A stretch of 64,000 bases of DNA from Chlamydiota bacterium (GCA_021772455.1 JAJFLY010000006.1:112377-176376), one strand, 5' to 3'; positions 38,340-47,934 are shown, numbered from the stretch's first letter. The notes: generated by a model from the sequence alone, not told the origin. Numbers and translations: made by a program.

Positions 38340-39692
38340 CTAAAAGGCGTAGATGACTGACATTTCGAACGCTTTGTATTTGAAGTCCCCCCCGACAGAT
38401 TTATTCCTTGGAGTCGCATACTGCGCTTGAGCCCTGAGCGACAGGTTGTCTGTCATGGCATAGAGCGCGTTGGCAGCCCACCCTTTGTAGTTGGTGAAGC
38501 CAAAAGCACTGCCAGGTCCAAATCCTTGGATGATAGCGTCTGAAAGGAGCAGATTATCGGCGTTTCCGTGGCCGATGCCGCTTAGGTCAAATTCAGGAAC
38601 TGCTTGGGCTTGGACGCTTTGGTAGTTGAGGTCGATCGACCAGTCACACGCTTTACATAGCTTACCTAGGGTAAAACCGGCGTACCAGGCACCATTAAGC
38701 CTTCTTCCATTTGTTGTGGGGGTACGTTTGGCATCGTGATTGGCAAGGACGGCACTATAAACGTAAAGCGTTTTACAGCCGAGGAAGTCGATTTTGCGTT
38801 GGTAGCCAAAGAGCATTTGCGAGACGACAAAGGAGTAGCGTGGGTTATCCTCGATCTTGTGTTTTCCGGAAATATCTTTGAGATTTCCGTAATCGAGGGT
38901 GGGAGCGCCACGGTGCCAGTCGACGATGCTATATTTAAAGCCGAGTCCAGTGCCTCTCCATCCGATGACTCCGGTTTCAAGAATCCATGCGTAGTGGTTT
39001 GTGAAGCTATCTACGATAAAGGGACCGCCGTGAATAATGAACTCCCCAACTCTTGGCCAACAGTTGGTGTAGTAGAGGTGAATCCCGTCAAATGTGCTGG
39101 TAAATTCGACGCGCGAGTCAAAGATAAAGTTGAGATTGCTACGTCCCATCTCGATATAGAAGTCTTCTTTACCTTTTTTATAGATGTCGTAGCCGATAAA
39201 GGCTCTATCCATCTCAACACGCGTCGCTGAACCTCCATCTTTTCCGTCGAAACTGACCCATTTGAGTTTTGTAGAGACCCATGAACGAGGAGCGACGTAA
39301 TCAAAAAAGAGGTTCACTTCACTTTTATAGCGGTCAATGGCTGTCATTGTCCCCTGACCACGCTTTTTCTTTCCATTAACTTGCTCACCTGCGGTGACCC
39401 AACGGGCACGCACATCTCCAGCAATTGTGAGAAGACCTGTTTTTTTACGACACTCAATCAACCCCTTGCTCTCAATAAAGTCGCGCAAAACGTGGGGATC
39501 GATAAACTGGTCATCCTCGGGTCCAAAATCTCCTTCCGAAAGAAAGCCTGAAGCTGTTGGACCTAAGTTATCGACAGCCGCGATTAACGCCTCTTCATCG
39601 ATTAGGTCTACAAGCGGCTCCTCATCTTCATCTGCGGCGAAGAGGGGGAGGACAAAACCGAAGCAAAGTATTAAAAACAGTATTTTTTTCAT
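38340..39692 (-). CDS. Outer-membrane beta-barrel porin (Legionella-MOMP / PomS-like pattern)
   Basis: 450 aa with signal peptide MKKILFLILCFGFVLPLFA, alternating beta-strand pattern and a C-terminal ...SVIYAF. TIAGDVRARW and FDSRVEFTSTFDGI resemble that family. Confidence 0.7.
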   Translation of the reverse strand: MKKILFLILCFGFVLPLFAADEDEEPLVDLIDEEALIAAVDNLGPTASGFLSEGDFGPEDDQFIDPHVLRDFIESKGLIECRKKTGLLTIAGDVRARWVTAGEQVNGKKKRGQGTMTAIDRYKSEVNLFFDYVAPRSWVSTKLKWVSFDGKDGGSATRVEMDRAFIGYDIYKKGKEDFYIEMGRSNLNFIFDSRVEFTSTFDGIHLYYTNCWPRVGEFIIHGGPFIVDSFTNHYAWILETGVIGWRGTGLGFKYSIVDWHRGAPTLDYGNLKDISGKHKIEDNPRYSFVVSQMLFGYQRKIDFLGCKTLYVYSAVLANHDAKRTPTTNGRRLNGAWYAGFTLGKLCKACDWSIDLNYQSVQAQAVPEFDLSGIGHGNADNLLLSDAIIQGFGPGSAFGFTNYKGWAANALYAMTDNLSLRAQAQYATPRNKSVGGDFKYKAFEMSVIYAF

Positions 39693-39732
39693 TAAATAAT
39701 CCTATAACTCCGAGCAGTTATAGACTGATTGT

Positions 39733-42339
39733 TCAATTTTGTCCATATTCAAAAGGTGCTGTGTACAATCCCCACTCTTGGTGATCGGTGCCATTTATGT
39801 AGCGACGCCAAACCGAAAGGGGTCTTCCTTCCGTTCCACTTTCATCAAAACGCCAAAAATCTATATTTCCTGTCCCAGGATTCACGGTAAAACCGAATGC
39901 ATTTTTCACCCAATTTGTGTCAGCAACTAAGATCGGCTCGGGGTAGGCAAATTTATTTTTCCACATTGCCTGGCTAATTTTTTCGTGAAAAGCAATTGCC
40001 GACCTCGTCGACTTGAGAGCCTCTATTAGCAACTCTTTTGCGAATTTTCTCAAATCGCTAGCTGAAAATATTTTGTATCTTCCAACATCTACTTTGTCTA
40101 TTAGTTGGACGAGTTTTTTTTGCAGCTGATCATCGATTTCATCGATGCTTTCGAAAAGAACACGCAAACGCTCTTGTAGGGCGTGCTCAGGGAAAAGGGG
40201 GAGAGTGCGGTAGAGAATACTATCTAGCTCTTCTAAGAGCAATTCTAGGTGACGTCCTCCTCGGAGCCATTTTTCGTATGAGAGGGCATTTTTCACGTGC
40301 TCACGAAACTCGTCTGCACGCATGGGAAAGGGGAAAGTTTTTAAGATGTTTTGGACGATGGGACGGTAACCGGGGGGGATAACGAGAAGTAATTCAGAGA
40401 CAAGGTGGTCCATCATCCTGTTTTCGAGAATATGATCATCGAGAAAATTGAGCTGAGGATGGTGCCACAGATCGCGGATCCATGTATAGGTATAGAGGTC
40501 GCTCTCCCACCCCTTTCTGAAAAGCTTCCAGCCGGGTTTGCATAAAAAAGCGTGGGTTGGGGAGAAGGCCAACATCGAACGTGAGGGGTCTTGCTGAAAC
40601 ATCTTCTGGACGCTTAGGGGAAGCTCTTTGATGGTATCGATAAAAAAAGCGAGTAGTTCTGTTTCACTCTCCACCCACCTTTTCTCTTCTTTTGGAGGGG
40701 TGGGGTTGTTGTAATAGCAACTCGCTAATGTCCCCATCGTGCCACCTGAAACATAGGCCCACGGTTTTCTTGCACCTGATAACGGCTCGTTGTATGCCCT
40801 TGCTAGCCGAACAAGGGAAGACTCCAAAAACTCAGGACGTTTGATCGTTGTAATCACGACTGTAATGAGTTCTGAAACCTCTTTTTCGATCCCCTCTACT
40901 GCTGGAAGTTGGCGCAGCTCGTTTTCGGTGGCGATAAAAAATGCGGTTAAGGATTCTAGATACTCCTCAGAAGAGTAGATCATCGTCCAAAGGGCTGTGT
41001 TGGCGCGCCCATGTTTATAGAGGAGTCGAAATCCGGCGGGGCTATCGTCATAGGGGTTTGTGGAAACGTCGTGCATCTGCGGATCGTAGACCTCTTGAAA
41101 ATACTCCCGAATTTTCTCTCCGTAAAAGTCGACCATAAGGGGCAAAAAATTGGCGAGGCTCTTTCCTTTATCGTGAAGGATATCACGCTCTGAAATGACG
41201 CGGTTTATCTCTTGCTGACGTAAACGATAATCGGCACGCAGCCACTCAAGCTCACTCGAGGTAGAAGCACTTCTAAGACGCCCCTCGAGGTATTTTATTC
41301 CCGCAAAAAAATGTTCGTAGCGTACCTGATGCTCTTCGATTTCATCATTGATTCGGTCGATTTGTTCCTGCAGATGTTGCTGGAGACTCTCCCCAATTCC
41401 ATATGGTTCGCCTGGCTGGATGCCAAGGCTTATGTAGAGGTTCCATTTAGCAAAATCGGCTTTCGATTCAGAAAGGGAGGCTAATGTGAACTCCCACGAT
41501 TTGAGAAGGGGGTTATCTGTGAGCGCTTTAAATGCATTTTTTGCCTTTTCATATCTTGTATGATCTTTCAGCGCCGCTTTTATCACTTGATCAGCAGTAA
41601 AGTAGGCAAATGGATCTTGGATATCGAGAGAGAGCATTTTTTCGGTAAGCTTTGCTGCTCGAAGTCCAGGTGAGCGGGCAAGTGTTTTGATAGGATCTGG
41701 GCCCAATGAAGCTACAGGTATTGCGCGTAAAAGGTCTCCAACGCCCCAACTGACGCTGATCGGAACTGTATATTCAACACCCTCATAGATCCGTTTCAGC
41801 CTTCCTGTCCCAAATAACTGCCCAATATCTGCTAAAAACTGCAAAGGCTGATCTTGTTGAATCATAATCGCTGGCGCTGTTGCAAAACACGAACCCACAT
41901 TCTGACGTAAACTGGTCAGTAAAGCTGAAAGGGCAGCTCTTCTTGCATGCACATTGGTCAGCCGCTCCCTGTTAGAGAGTGAGAGGGTCGCACGAATCAA
42001 GTTCAATGCCCCTTGATGGCCATCTGGACAACAGATGCGCTTCAGAGCGTAGCCGTGCTCCTGGTCTAACGAAAAAAAACGCAAGATTTTGAGTAAATGA
42101 GATTGGCGCGCATGGTCATGGTAACGATTGGAAGCCAAAGAGTAAAAATTCGCTTCTAAAATGCGAATCGCCTGCTTTAATACGCGTTGCTTAAGTTCTC
42201 CCTTGTCATCGATTAGCAAGCAAGCGAGCTCTTTTGCGATATAGGTATTGCGCCACGACCAACTATCTTGAATTTTAGTCGCGTCAAAATCACCGCAAAT
42301 CTCGTCAAATTCAGAACAAAGTAATGCTTCTATTTCCAC
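39733..42339 (-). CDS. Large hypothetical protein with papain-like Cys/His/Asn motif candidates
   Basis: 868 aa with a GTG start 2 nt after the upstream stop. It contains QNVGSC(151)FATA, SPTH(596)AF and PILVADTNWVKN(813)AFGF. See findings. Confidence 0.6.
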   Translation of the reverse strand: MEIEALLCSEFDEICGDFDATKIQDSWSWRNTYIAKELACLLIDDKGELKQRVLKQAIRILEANFYSLASNRYHDHARQSHLLKILRFFSLDQEHGYALKRICCPDGHQGALNLIRATLSLSNRERLTNVHARRAALSALLTSLRQNVGSCFATAPAIMIQQDQPLQFLADIGQLFGTGRLKRIYEGVEYTVPISVSWGVGDLLRAIPVASLGPDPIKTLARSPGLRAAKLTEKMLSLDIQDPFAYFTADQVIKAALKDHTRYEKAKNAFKALTDNPLLKSWEFTLASLSESKADFAKWNLYISLGIQPGEPYGIGESLQQHLQEQIDRINDEIEEHQVRYEHFFAGIKYLEGRLRSASTSSELEWLRADYRLRQQEINRVISERDILHDKGKSLANFLPLMVDFYGEKIREYFQEVYDPQMHDVSTNPYDDSPAGFRLLYKHGRANTALWTMIYSSEEYLESLTAFFIATENELRQLPAVEGIEKEVSELITVVITTIKRPEFLESSLVRLARAYNEPLSGARKPWAYVSGGTMGTLASCYYNNPTPPKEEKRWVESETELLAFFIDTIKELPLSVQKMFQQDPSRSMLAFSPTHAFLCKPGWKLFRKGWESDLYTYTWIRDLWHHPQLNFLDDHILENRMMDHLVSELLLVIPPGYRPIVQNILKTFPFPMRADEFREHVKNALSYEKWLRGGRHLELLLEELDSILYRTLPLFPEHALQERLRVLFESIDEIDDQLQKKLVQLIDKVDVGRYKIFSASDLRKFAKELLIEALKSTRSAIAFHEKISQAMWKNKFAYPEPILVADTNWVKNAFGFTVNPGTGNIDFWRFDESGTEGRPLSVWRRYINGTDHQEWGLYTAPFEYGQN

Positions 42340-42341
42340 GA

Positions 42342-44225
42342 TTAATTCACTTTAAGAGCAATAATAACAACCTCTTCTTCTGCCATAAAATCTTGCAATT
42401 CATAGACTAATCCATCTACAGCCTCTTGTGCCGACAGCCAATTTCTTTGCTGCAAACAGCTGCGCATGCGCTTTTCCGGAAAGACTTCGGTCAGCCCATC
42501 TGTATAGAAAATCACAAGATCGCCCGATTGCAGTTTGATCGAATTGGTTGCATATCCCTTCGATTCTTGTAAACCTAGAGCCATTCCAGAATGTTCTAGC
42601 GTTACAATGTGGCCATCAGCTCTACGAACGAGTGGAGGGACGTGCCCACAGGAATAATAGGAAAGGATTTTGGAATCGGCGTGATAGATTCCTGTAAACA
42701 TAGTAACAAACATTCCCGTATCGCCTGTATCCTCCATAAAACTGTTATTTGTGCAGCTTAAAATCTCACCTGGATCGTCCAGTAATGTCGCGTGCGTTCT
42801 AAGCAAGCTGCGCGCAGAAAGGGCGTAGAGACAAGGGGAGATTCCCTTCCCTGCAGCATCTGCAACGGTGAGAACAAGGATCTCCTCGCCCGACTTTGAA
42901 CGGCGTGAGAGATAGGTATAAAAATCGCCGCCCACCTCGGCCGCGGGAAGATAGGTTGCAGCTAACTCTGCGCCTTGAATTTCAGGTACAGTAGGGGGGA
43001 GCAAGCTACGCTGTACTTGGCGGCCAATGGCAAGCTCCCTCTGATAGGTCTCTTTTTTAACACGCTCATCTTCTGCGTGTTGAATATTATCTAGCAGATT
43101 CACAAGTGTATTGTTGAAGATTCCGCCTAAGATATTGATCTCAAATCCGAGCGGTTCTCTTTCAAATCGCACGTCGAGATTTCCCCGGCTCACCTCTCCC
43201 ATCAAGTTGGTGAGCTGGCGCAATGGACGGGAGATCCACAGGGAGAGCCAGTAGGTTACGCCGCCGCCGACAACCAGAATCAATCCATAAATCGAGTAGA
43301 TAAGGAGGAAATGACGCACCGCACTTCCAAAAAGCCCCTCCTTTGAGGAATAGGCAACAATAGAAATGCCAACTTTTGGGATGTGGGCGCGGTAGGCAAT
43401 TTGGAGCTGATCATCGTAAATAAATTCGAAAAATGGGGGATCCGAGCCTTCGATAATGGGCAACTGATGAACAGGAAGCGGGTGCGTACCAATTTGACTC
43501 GATGCCATGATCTCTTTACGCCTCACCTTTGAAACAGGATCGAAATAATTACCTATCAAAGATTTATCTGTTGCAGCCAGAGCTACACCATCTAAATTCA
43601 ATATCGCAAAGCGCATAGAATCATGTTTTTTATTGGTCGCCACAACTGTGTTTAATTGCGCTTCAATATCATCTGTGATCAAGATCAGACCAAGGGGTTT
43701 ACCGGTTGTTTTGTCTATTATCGCCCTTGCGATCAGAACAAAAGGGACATAGCGATTTTCTTCGATTTTGTAGATATAACGGATAAATGTCCCTTCGCCA
43801 ACCTTGAGAATATCGGCAAATTTTATATAGCTAATGAAATCGGTATCCACAAGAGATTGCAAACTAGAAGCGACGACTTTATAGACATCATCTTCGCCAA
43901 GACTTAAGAGAAAGATTTGAAAACTCCCGCCAGCTTGGGCGATTTGGGAGAGCTCATGGCTGAATTTCTCAGGATCATCTAAACTCTTTGGCGCTTGCAG
44001 ATTAAACATATACTCAAGCTCTCTTAACAAAACCTGTTTGACCGGCTGTATCTCAGAGAGAGAAAAGGTGCGAAAATTGGCAGCTTCTTGAAGGTCAGAC
44101 TTGGCATCATCGATGGAAGCGGAGTACGAGCTTTGGAAAAAAATAAATGAATCGACCAAAAGAGGGAGTGCAAGCACCAAAAAGCTTATTGCAAGAACGC
44201 GGAGGGTAAAAGAGTGCTTTAACAT
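42342..44225 (-). CDS. RsbU-like sensor protein, paralogue with a degenerate PP2C C-terminus
   Basis: 627 aa with TM, ~280-aa periplasmic domain, TM, HAMP and PP2C. GGDFY, DAAGKG and YTDGLTE are present, but the terminal DDIT motif is replaced by EEVV and the preceding segment is shortened. Confidence 0.75.
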   Translation of the reverse strand: MLKHSFTLRVLAISFLVLALPLLVDSFIFFQSSYSASIDDAKSDLQEAANFRTFSLSEIQPVKQVLLRELEYMFNLQAPKSLDDPEKFSHELSQIAQAGGSFQIFLLSLGEDDVYKVVASSLQSLVDTDFISYIKFADILKVGEGTFIRYIYKIEENRYVPFVLIARAIIDKTTGKPLGLILITDDIEAQLNTVVATNKKHDSMRFAILNLDGVALAATDKSLIGNYFDPVSKVRRKEIMASSQIGTHPLPVHQLPIIEGSDPPFFEFIYDDQLQIAYRAHIPKVGISIVAYSSKEGLFGSAVRHFLLIYSIYGLILVVGGGVTYWLSLWISRPLRQLTNLMGEVSRGNLDVRFEREPLGFEINILGGIFNNTLVNLLDNIQHAEDERVKKETYQRELAIGRQVQRSLLPPTVPEIQGAELAATYLPAAEVGGDFYTYLSRRSKSGEEILVLTVADAAGKGISPCLYALSARSLLRTHATLLDDPGEILSCTNNSFMEDTGDTGMFVTMFTGIYHADSKILSYYSCGHVPPLVRRADGHIVTLEHSGMALGLQESKGYATNSIKLQSGDLVIFYTDGLTEVFPEKRMRSCLQQRNWLSAQEAVDGLVYELQDFMAEEEVVIIALKVN

Positions 44226-46138
44226 ATTTTCATGACCAATAACGTGATGTCATCGTGCTGTGGAGCAGTTCCAACAAAGGTGTCAACATCCCTAAGGATT
44301 TTTTCCCTAATCTCTGAAGCACCCCTCGACCCCTCTTCTCTAATCAACTCTATTAATCTTTCCTCACCATAGATCTCAAACTCTTCATTGTGCGCCTCGG
44401 TAATTCCATCTGTATAAAGAATCACCGCATCCCCCTTCATCAACTTGATCGTCTCAGCATGTTGATCTTCTGTCGAAATGACCCCCATAGCAATTCCGTG
44501 CTGTCTCAATACTTCGATCTTACCATTTTCTCTGCGCACAATAGGGGAATTATGCCCAGAGGAAAAATACTGAAACATGCCCGTCTTGTGATCGTAAACC
44601 CCCATAACCACAGTGACAAACATCCCACTTTCACCCGTTTCCAGTCCAAAGAGATTATTCGTGGCCGACATTGCCATCCCTACATCGTCGTACACCCTAG
44701 CATAGGTGCGCAACATATTCCGCACACTCAAAGAGTAGAAACACGCCTGCACACCCTTTCCAGAGGCATCGGCGACTGCAAGAGCGAGCTGATCGGGAGC
44801 ATTTTCCCTCTCTTTGACAAAGACGTCGTAGAAATCCCCACCTACCTCGATCGCTGGAATGTACATTTCAGCTAGATCAACCCCTGGATATTTCGGCATT
44901 TTTTGTGGGAGCAAACTCCGCTGAACTTGCTGGCCGAGTCTCAGTTCGCGTGCGAGAGTTTCACGGGTGACCCGCTCCTCTTCTGCAACTTTTTTCTGCT
45001 CAAGAACGGCATCGACCATTTCGTTAAAAATATCTCCTAAAACATTGATCTCAAATCCAAGAGCATCTTGTTTGTAACGGACTCCTAGATCTCCCTGTTG
45101 AATCTTCTGCATGACCCTGCTTAGAAATTGCATTGGTTTTGCCATACGTCTTGTCAACACATAGGCAATGATTCCTCCAACTAGCAAAATCAGAGCATAG
45201 ATCCCGTAAATCTTGAAAAAATTCGTCACAGGAGCGCGGAAAATGGCCTCCTTCGAGGCGTAGGTCAAAAGGCTAAAATTGGCATGAGGCAGATCTGTGA
45301 TGTACCCAATTTGCTCCTTCCCCTTCCACTTAAACTCAAAAAATGGATTGCCAATTGAATCGTCGACTTTGAGCGGCTCATTTGGGAGCTCTCTTCCTGC
45401 AAAGGGCTCCTCTTGAGCAAAAAGCTTCCTATATTCGGATGTGAGGGACTTAAAATACTCAAAGCGCATCTGGGGATCTGACGAGGCAAATACCACAGAC
45501 GAGGGGAGGAGGAGAGCAAAACTCACCTCAAAGCGATCCTCGTCCTTCTCGAGGAGATCAGACAATTTGTATGTAAGATTATCTGAGATCGCCAAGACAC
45601 CAATCGGCTTATCACCTTTTTCCGAATAGACCAAATGGGAAACAATAAAAAAAGGGTCTGAAATTTTGTTGTTATACGCAATAAATCCACTCTTTTTTAA
45701 AATATCTGTCTGTAAAAGGTTGTTTAAACGGAAAAAATCGGTATAATCTCTGCCGATAAACTTGGGTAAACTCGAAGCTGTTACAACGAAATGGTCATCG
45801 TCTGTAATTTTAATAAGAAAAATTTCAGAAAAATTGCCAATGTTTGCGAGAGTTCGGAGTTTTTCGTTTAATTCTGTATCGGGTTTTTCAGGAAAAGAGT
45901 TTTCCAAGTTGAGATAGAAGCTCATCACCTCCAAAAGAGGCTTTTTAAGAGGTTGAATTTGGGTTAGAGGGAGCTCTCTTGAGTAGGCCACCTCCACAAG
46001 ATGCCCTTTTGCATCGGTGAGAGTCTCCTCATACCTCTGCTCTGCCAAGATAAATGCATCCACTAAAAGGGGCAGGGCGAGTAGAATGAAGCTAATACCC
46101 AGGATGCGAAATCCGATCGATTTTCGAAATGGAATCAT
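44219..46138 (-). CDS. rsbU: RsbU-type sensor serine phosphatase (periplasmic sensor-HAMP-PP2C)
   Basis: 639 aa with the same architecture. All PP2C/SpoIIE metal motifs are intact (GGDFYD, DASGKG, YTDGITEA, HDDITLLV). Confidence 0.85.
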   Translation of the reverse strand: MIPFRKSIGFRILGISFILLALPLLVDAFILAEQRYEETLTDAKGHLVEVAYSRELPLTQIQPLKKPLLEVMSFYLNLENSFPEKPDTELNEKLRTLANIGNFSEIFLIKITDDDHFVVTASSLPKFIGRDYTDFFRLNNLLQTDILKKSGFIAYNNKISDPFFIVSHLVYSEKGDKPIGVLAISDNLTYKLSDLLEKDEDRFEVSFALLLPSSVVFASSDPQMRFEYFKSLTSEYRKLFAQEEPFAGRELPNEPLKVDDSIGNPFFEFKWKGKEQIGYITDLPHANFSLLTYASKEAIFRAPVTNFFKIYGIYALILLVGGIIAYVLTRRMAKPMQFLSRVMQKIQQGDLGVRYKQDALGFEINVLGDIFNEMVDAVLEQKKVAEEERVTRETLARELRLGQQVQRSLLPQKMPKYPGVDLAEMYIPAIEVGGDFYDVFVKERENAPDQLALAVADASGKGVQACFYSLSVRNMLRTYARVYDDVGMAMSATNNLFGLETGESGMFVTVVMGVYDHKTGMFQYFSSGHNSPIVRRENGKIEVLRQHGIAMGVISTEDQHAETIKLMKGDAVILYTDGITEAHNEEFEIYGEERLIELIREEGSRGASEIREKILRDVDTFVGTAPQHDDITLLVMKIC

Positions 46139-46159
46139 ATCCGATGATCATAAAATGAA

Positions 46160-46870
46160 ATGTTTAAAGAGACACCCAAAAAAATAACGAGCCTACAAAA
46201 TCCGCTTGTCAAACACCTTGTAAAGCTCCGCACTGATGGACGCTACCGCCAGGAACAAAATTCTGTGTTGATTTGTGGGGTTAAGCTCGTCCAAGAACTC
46301 CAAGAAATTGTGGAGCCAAAAGCGCGCTACAACAGCGAAAATGTCTCCCCTGAAGTGATGAAAAAAATCACAGGGCTCGTCTCACCAGAGGGAATCGCCG
46401 CCGAATTTCCTCTTCCAAGCCCCTCAATAATCGAAAACCGCGCGCCACTTCTCGTTCTCGATCAGATAAACGATCCCGGGAATATGGGAACGTTGATCCG
46501 CACAGCCCTCGCCCTTGGCTGGGAAGGGGTCTTTTTTCTTCCTGGCTGCGTCGATCCCTTCCACGAAAAAGTGATCCGCGCGTCCCGAGGTGCTCTTTTC
46601 CGCCTCCCGTGGAAAGAAGGGAGTTGGGAAGAGCTTAAAAGCCTGCCTCTAACCCCCTACGTAGCCGACACCAATGGACGATCGCTTCATGATGTGAAGC
46701 CCAGCAAAAACACCCTTCTCCTCTTAAGCAACGAAGCGCAAGGACTTTCCGAGGAGGGTAAAGCGTATGGAGAGCGCATCACTATCCCCATGAGCGGCAA
46801 AATGGAATCACTCAACGTCGCAACCTCCGGTGCGATTATGATGTACGAGCTTGGGGGTATTGCCCGATGA
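46160..46870 (+). CDS. TrmH/SpoU-family RNA 2'-O-methyltransferase
   Basis: 236 aa with DPGNMGTLIRTA, LLLSNEAQGLS and SLNVATSGAIMMYE SPOUT motifs. Confidence 0.8.
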   Translation: MFKETPKKITSLQNPLVKHLVKLRTDGRYRQEQNSVLICGVKLVQELQEIVEPKARYNSENVSPEVMKKITGLVSPEGIAAEFPLPSPSIIENRAPLLVLDQINDPGNMGTLIRTALALGWEGVFFLPGCVDPFHEKVIRASRGALFRLPWKEGSWEELKSLPLTPYVADTNGRSLHDVKPSKNTLLLLSNEAQGLSEEGKAYGERITIPMSGKMESLNVATSGAIMMYELGGIAR

Positions 46871-47934
46871 GCAAATTTATTGAAGATGATGAAGAATTTA
46901 CACGTAAAGAGAGGAAAGAAGCGCGCAAAATCGTCACCAAACGGGACCGTTCTAAGTATAAAAAAACAGATTCCCAGCAAAGAGAGCGCCTAGAAAAAGA
47001 AACGACTGCAAAAAAAATCGCCAAAAAAGAAAACGGCCTTCGCGGACGTGTTTTGGCGATCACCCTCGATGGCATTTCCGTGCAGCACGAAGACAAAGTC
47101 TACGTATGCTCGATACGGGGTACACTAAAACAAGAGACGACCCGCGCCAAAAATCTTGTTGCCGTCGGCGATTTTGTTCTCTTTGAGGAAAGTTCGATTT
47201 TCCACGTGGAACAACGCCACTCTGTCCTATCGCGCCAAGAACATCTCAGACGGCGCCAGATGCAGCTGATTGCAGCTAATATCGATCAAGTTCTGATTAC
47301 CATCTCTGTTGGGACCCCAGCTCTTAAACCTCACCTTGTCGACCGCTACATCATTGCCACCTATAAAGGGAATATGGAGCCCATCATCGTCGTGAATAAG
47401 ATTGATTTGCTTCAAGATGGCACCGAAGAATCTGTCCTTTTCGACCACTTTATCGAAACATACGAGACGCTCGGCATCCCAGTCATCGCATTGAGCGCCG
47501 AAACAGGAGAGGGGATCGAGCGCTTAAAAGAGCAGATGCAAGACAAAGCCTCCGTTTTTTCAGGTCAATCAGGCGTGGGTAAATCGTCTCTTATCAATAA
47601 GATGACCGGTCTTGACTTATCAGTTGGAGAGGTGATTCAGAGGACGCGCAAAGGGATGCACACGACAACATCGACCCACCTCATCCCCTTAAGTTTCGGT
47701 GGATGGTGCATCGATACCCCCGGTATTCGTAGTTTTGGCGTTTGGGACCTCAAAAAAGAGGATATAGAGTCGTATTTTCCAGAGATTTTAGAGTGTAAAG
47801 CAGCCTGCAAATTCGCCAACTGTACCCATTCTCATGAGCCTGGGTGCGCTCTTGCTGAGGCTGTGGAAAAAGGTGAGATTTCCAACATGCGTTTCGAGTC
47901 TTATTTGAAACTTCTAGAGGAGATTAAAGACTAA
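46867..47934 (+). CDS. rsgA: Ribosome small-subunit-dependent GTPase A with a Lys/Glu-rich N-terminal extension
   Basis: NKIDL, GQSGVGKSSL and the Zn motif CKFANCTHSHEPGC. It overlaps the trmH-like stop (ATGA). Confidence 0.85.
   Translation: MSKFIEDDEEFTRKERKEARKIVTKRDRSKYKKTDSQQRERLEKETTAKKIAKKENGLRGRVLAITLDGISVQHEDKVYVCSIRGTLKQETTRAKNLVAVGDFVLFEESSIFHVEQRHSVLSRQEHLRRRQMQLIAANIDQVLITISVGTPALKPHLVDRYIIATYKGNMEPIIVVNKIDLLQDGTEESVLFDHFIETYETLGIPVIALSAETGEGIERLKEQMQDKASVFSGQSGVGKSSLINKMTGLDLSVGEVIQRTRKGMHTTTSTHLIPLSFGGWCIDTPGIRSFGVWDLKKEDIESYFPEILECKAACKFANCTHSHEPGCALAEAVEKGEISNMRFESYLKLLEEIKD

Noticed and set aside
38340-39692. Calling the porin ompA (chlamydial MOMP)
   Set aside because: It has few cysteines, and its conserved blocks look like the Legionella-MOMP/PomS type rather than the Chlamydia MOMP. 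The family cannot be confirmed without an HMM search, so no gene symbol is given.
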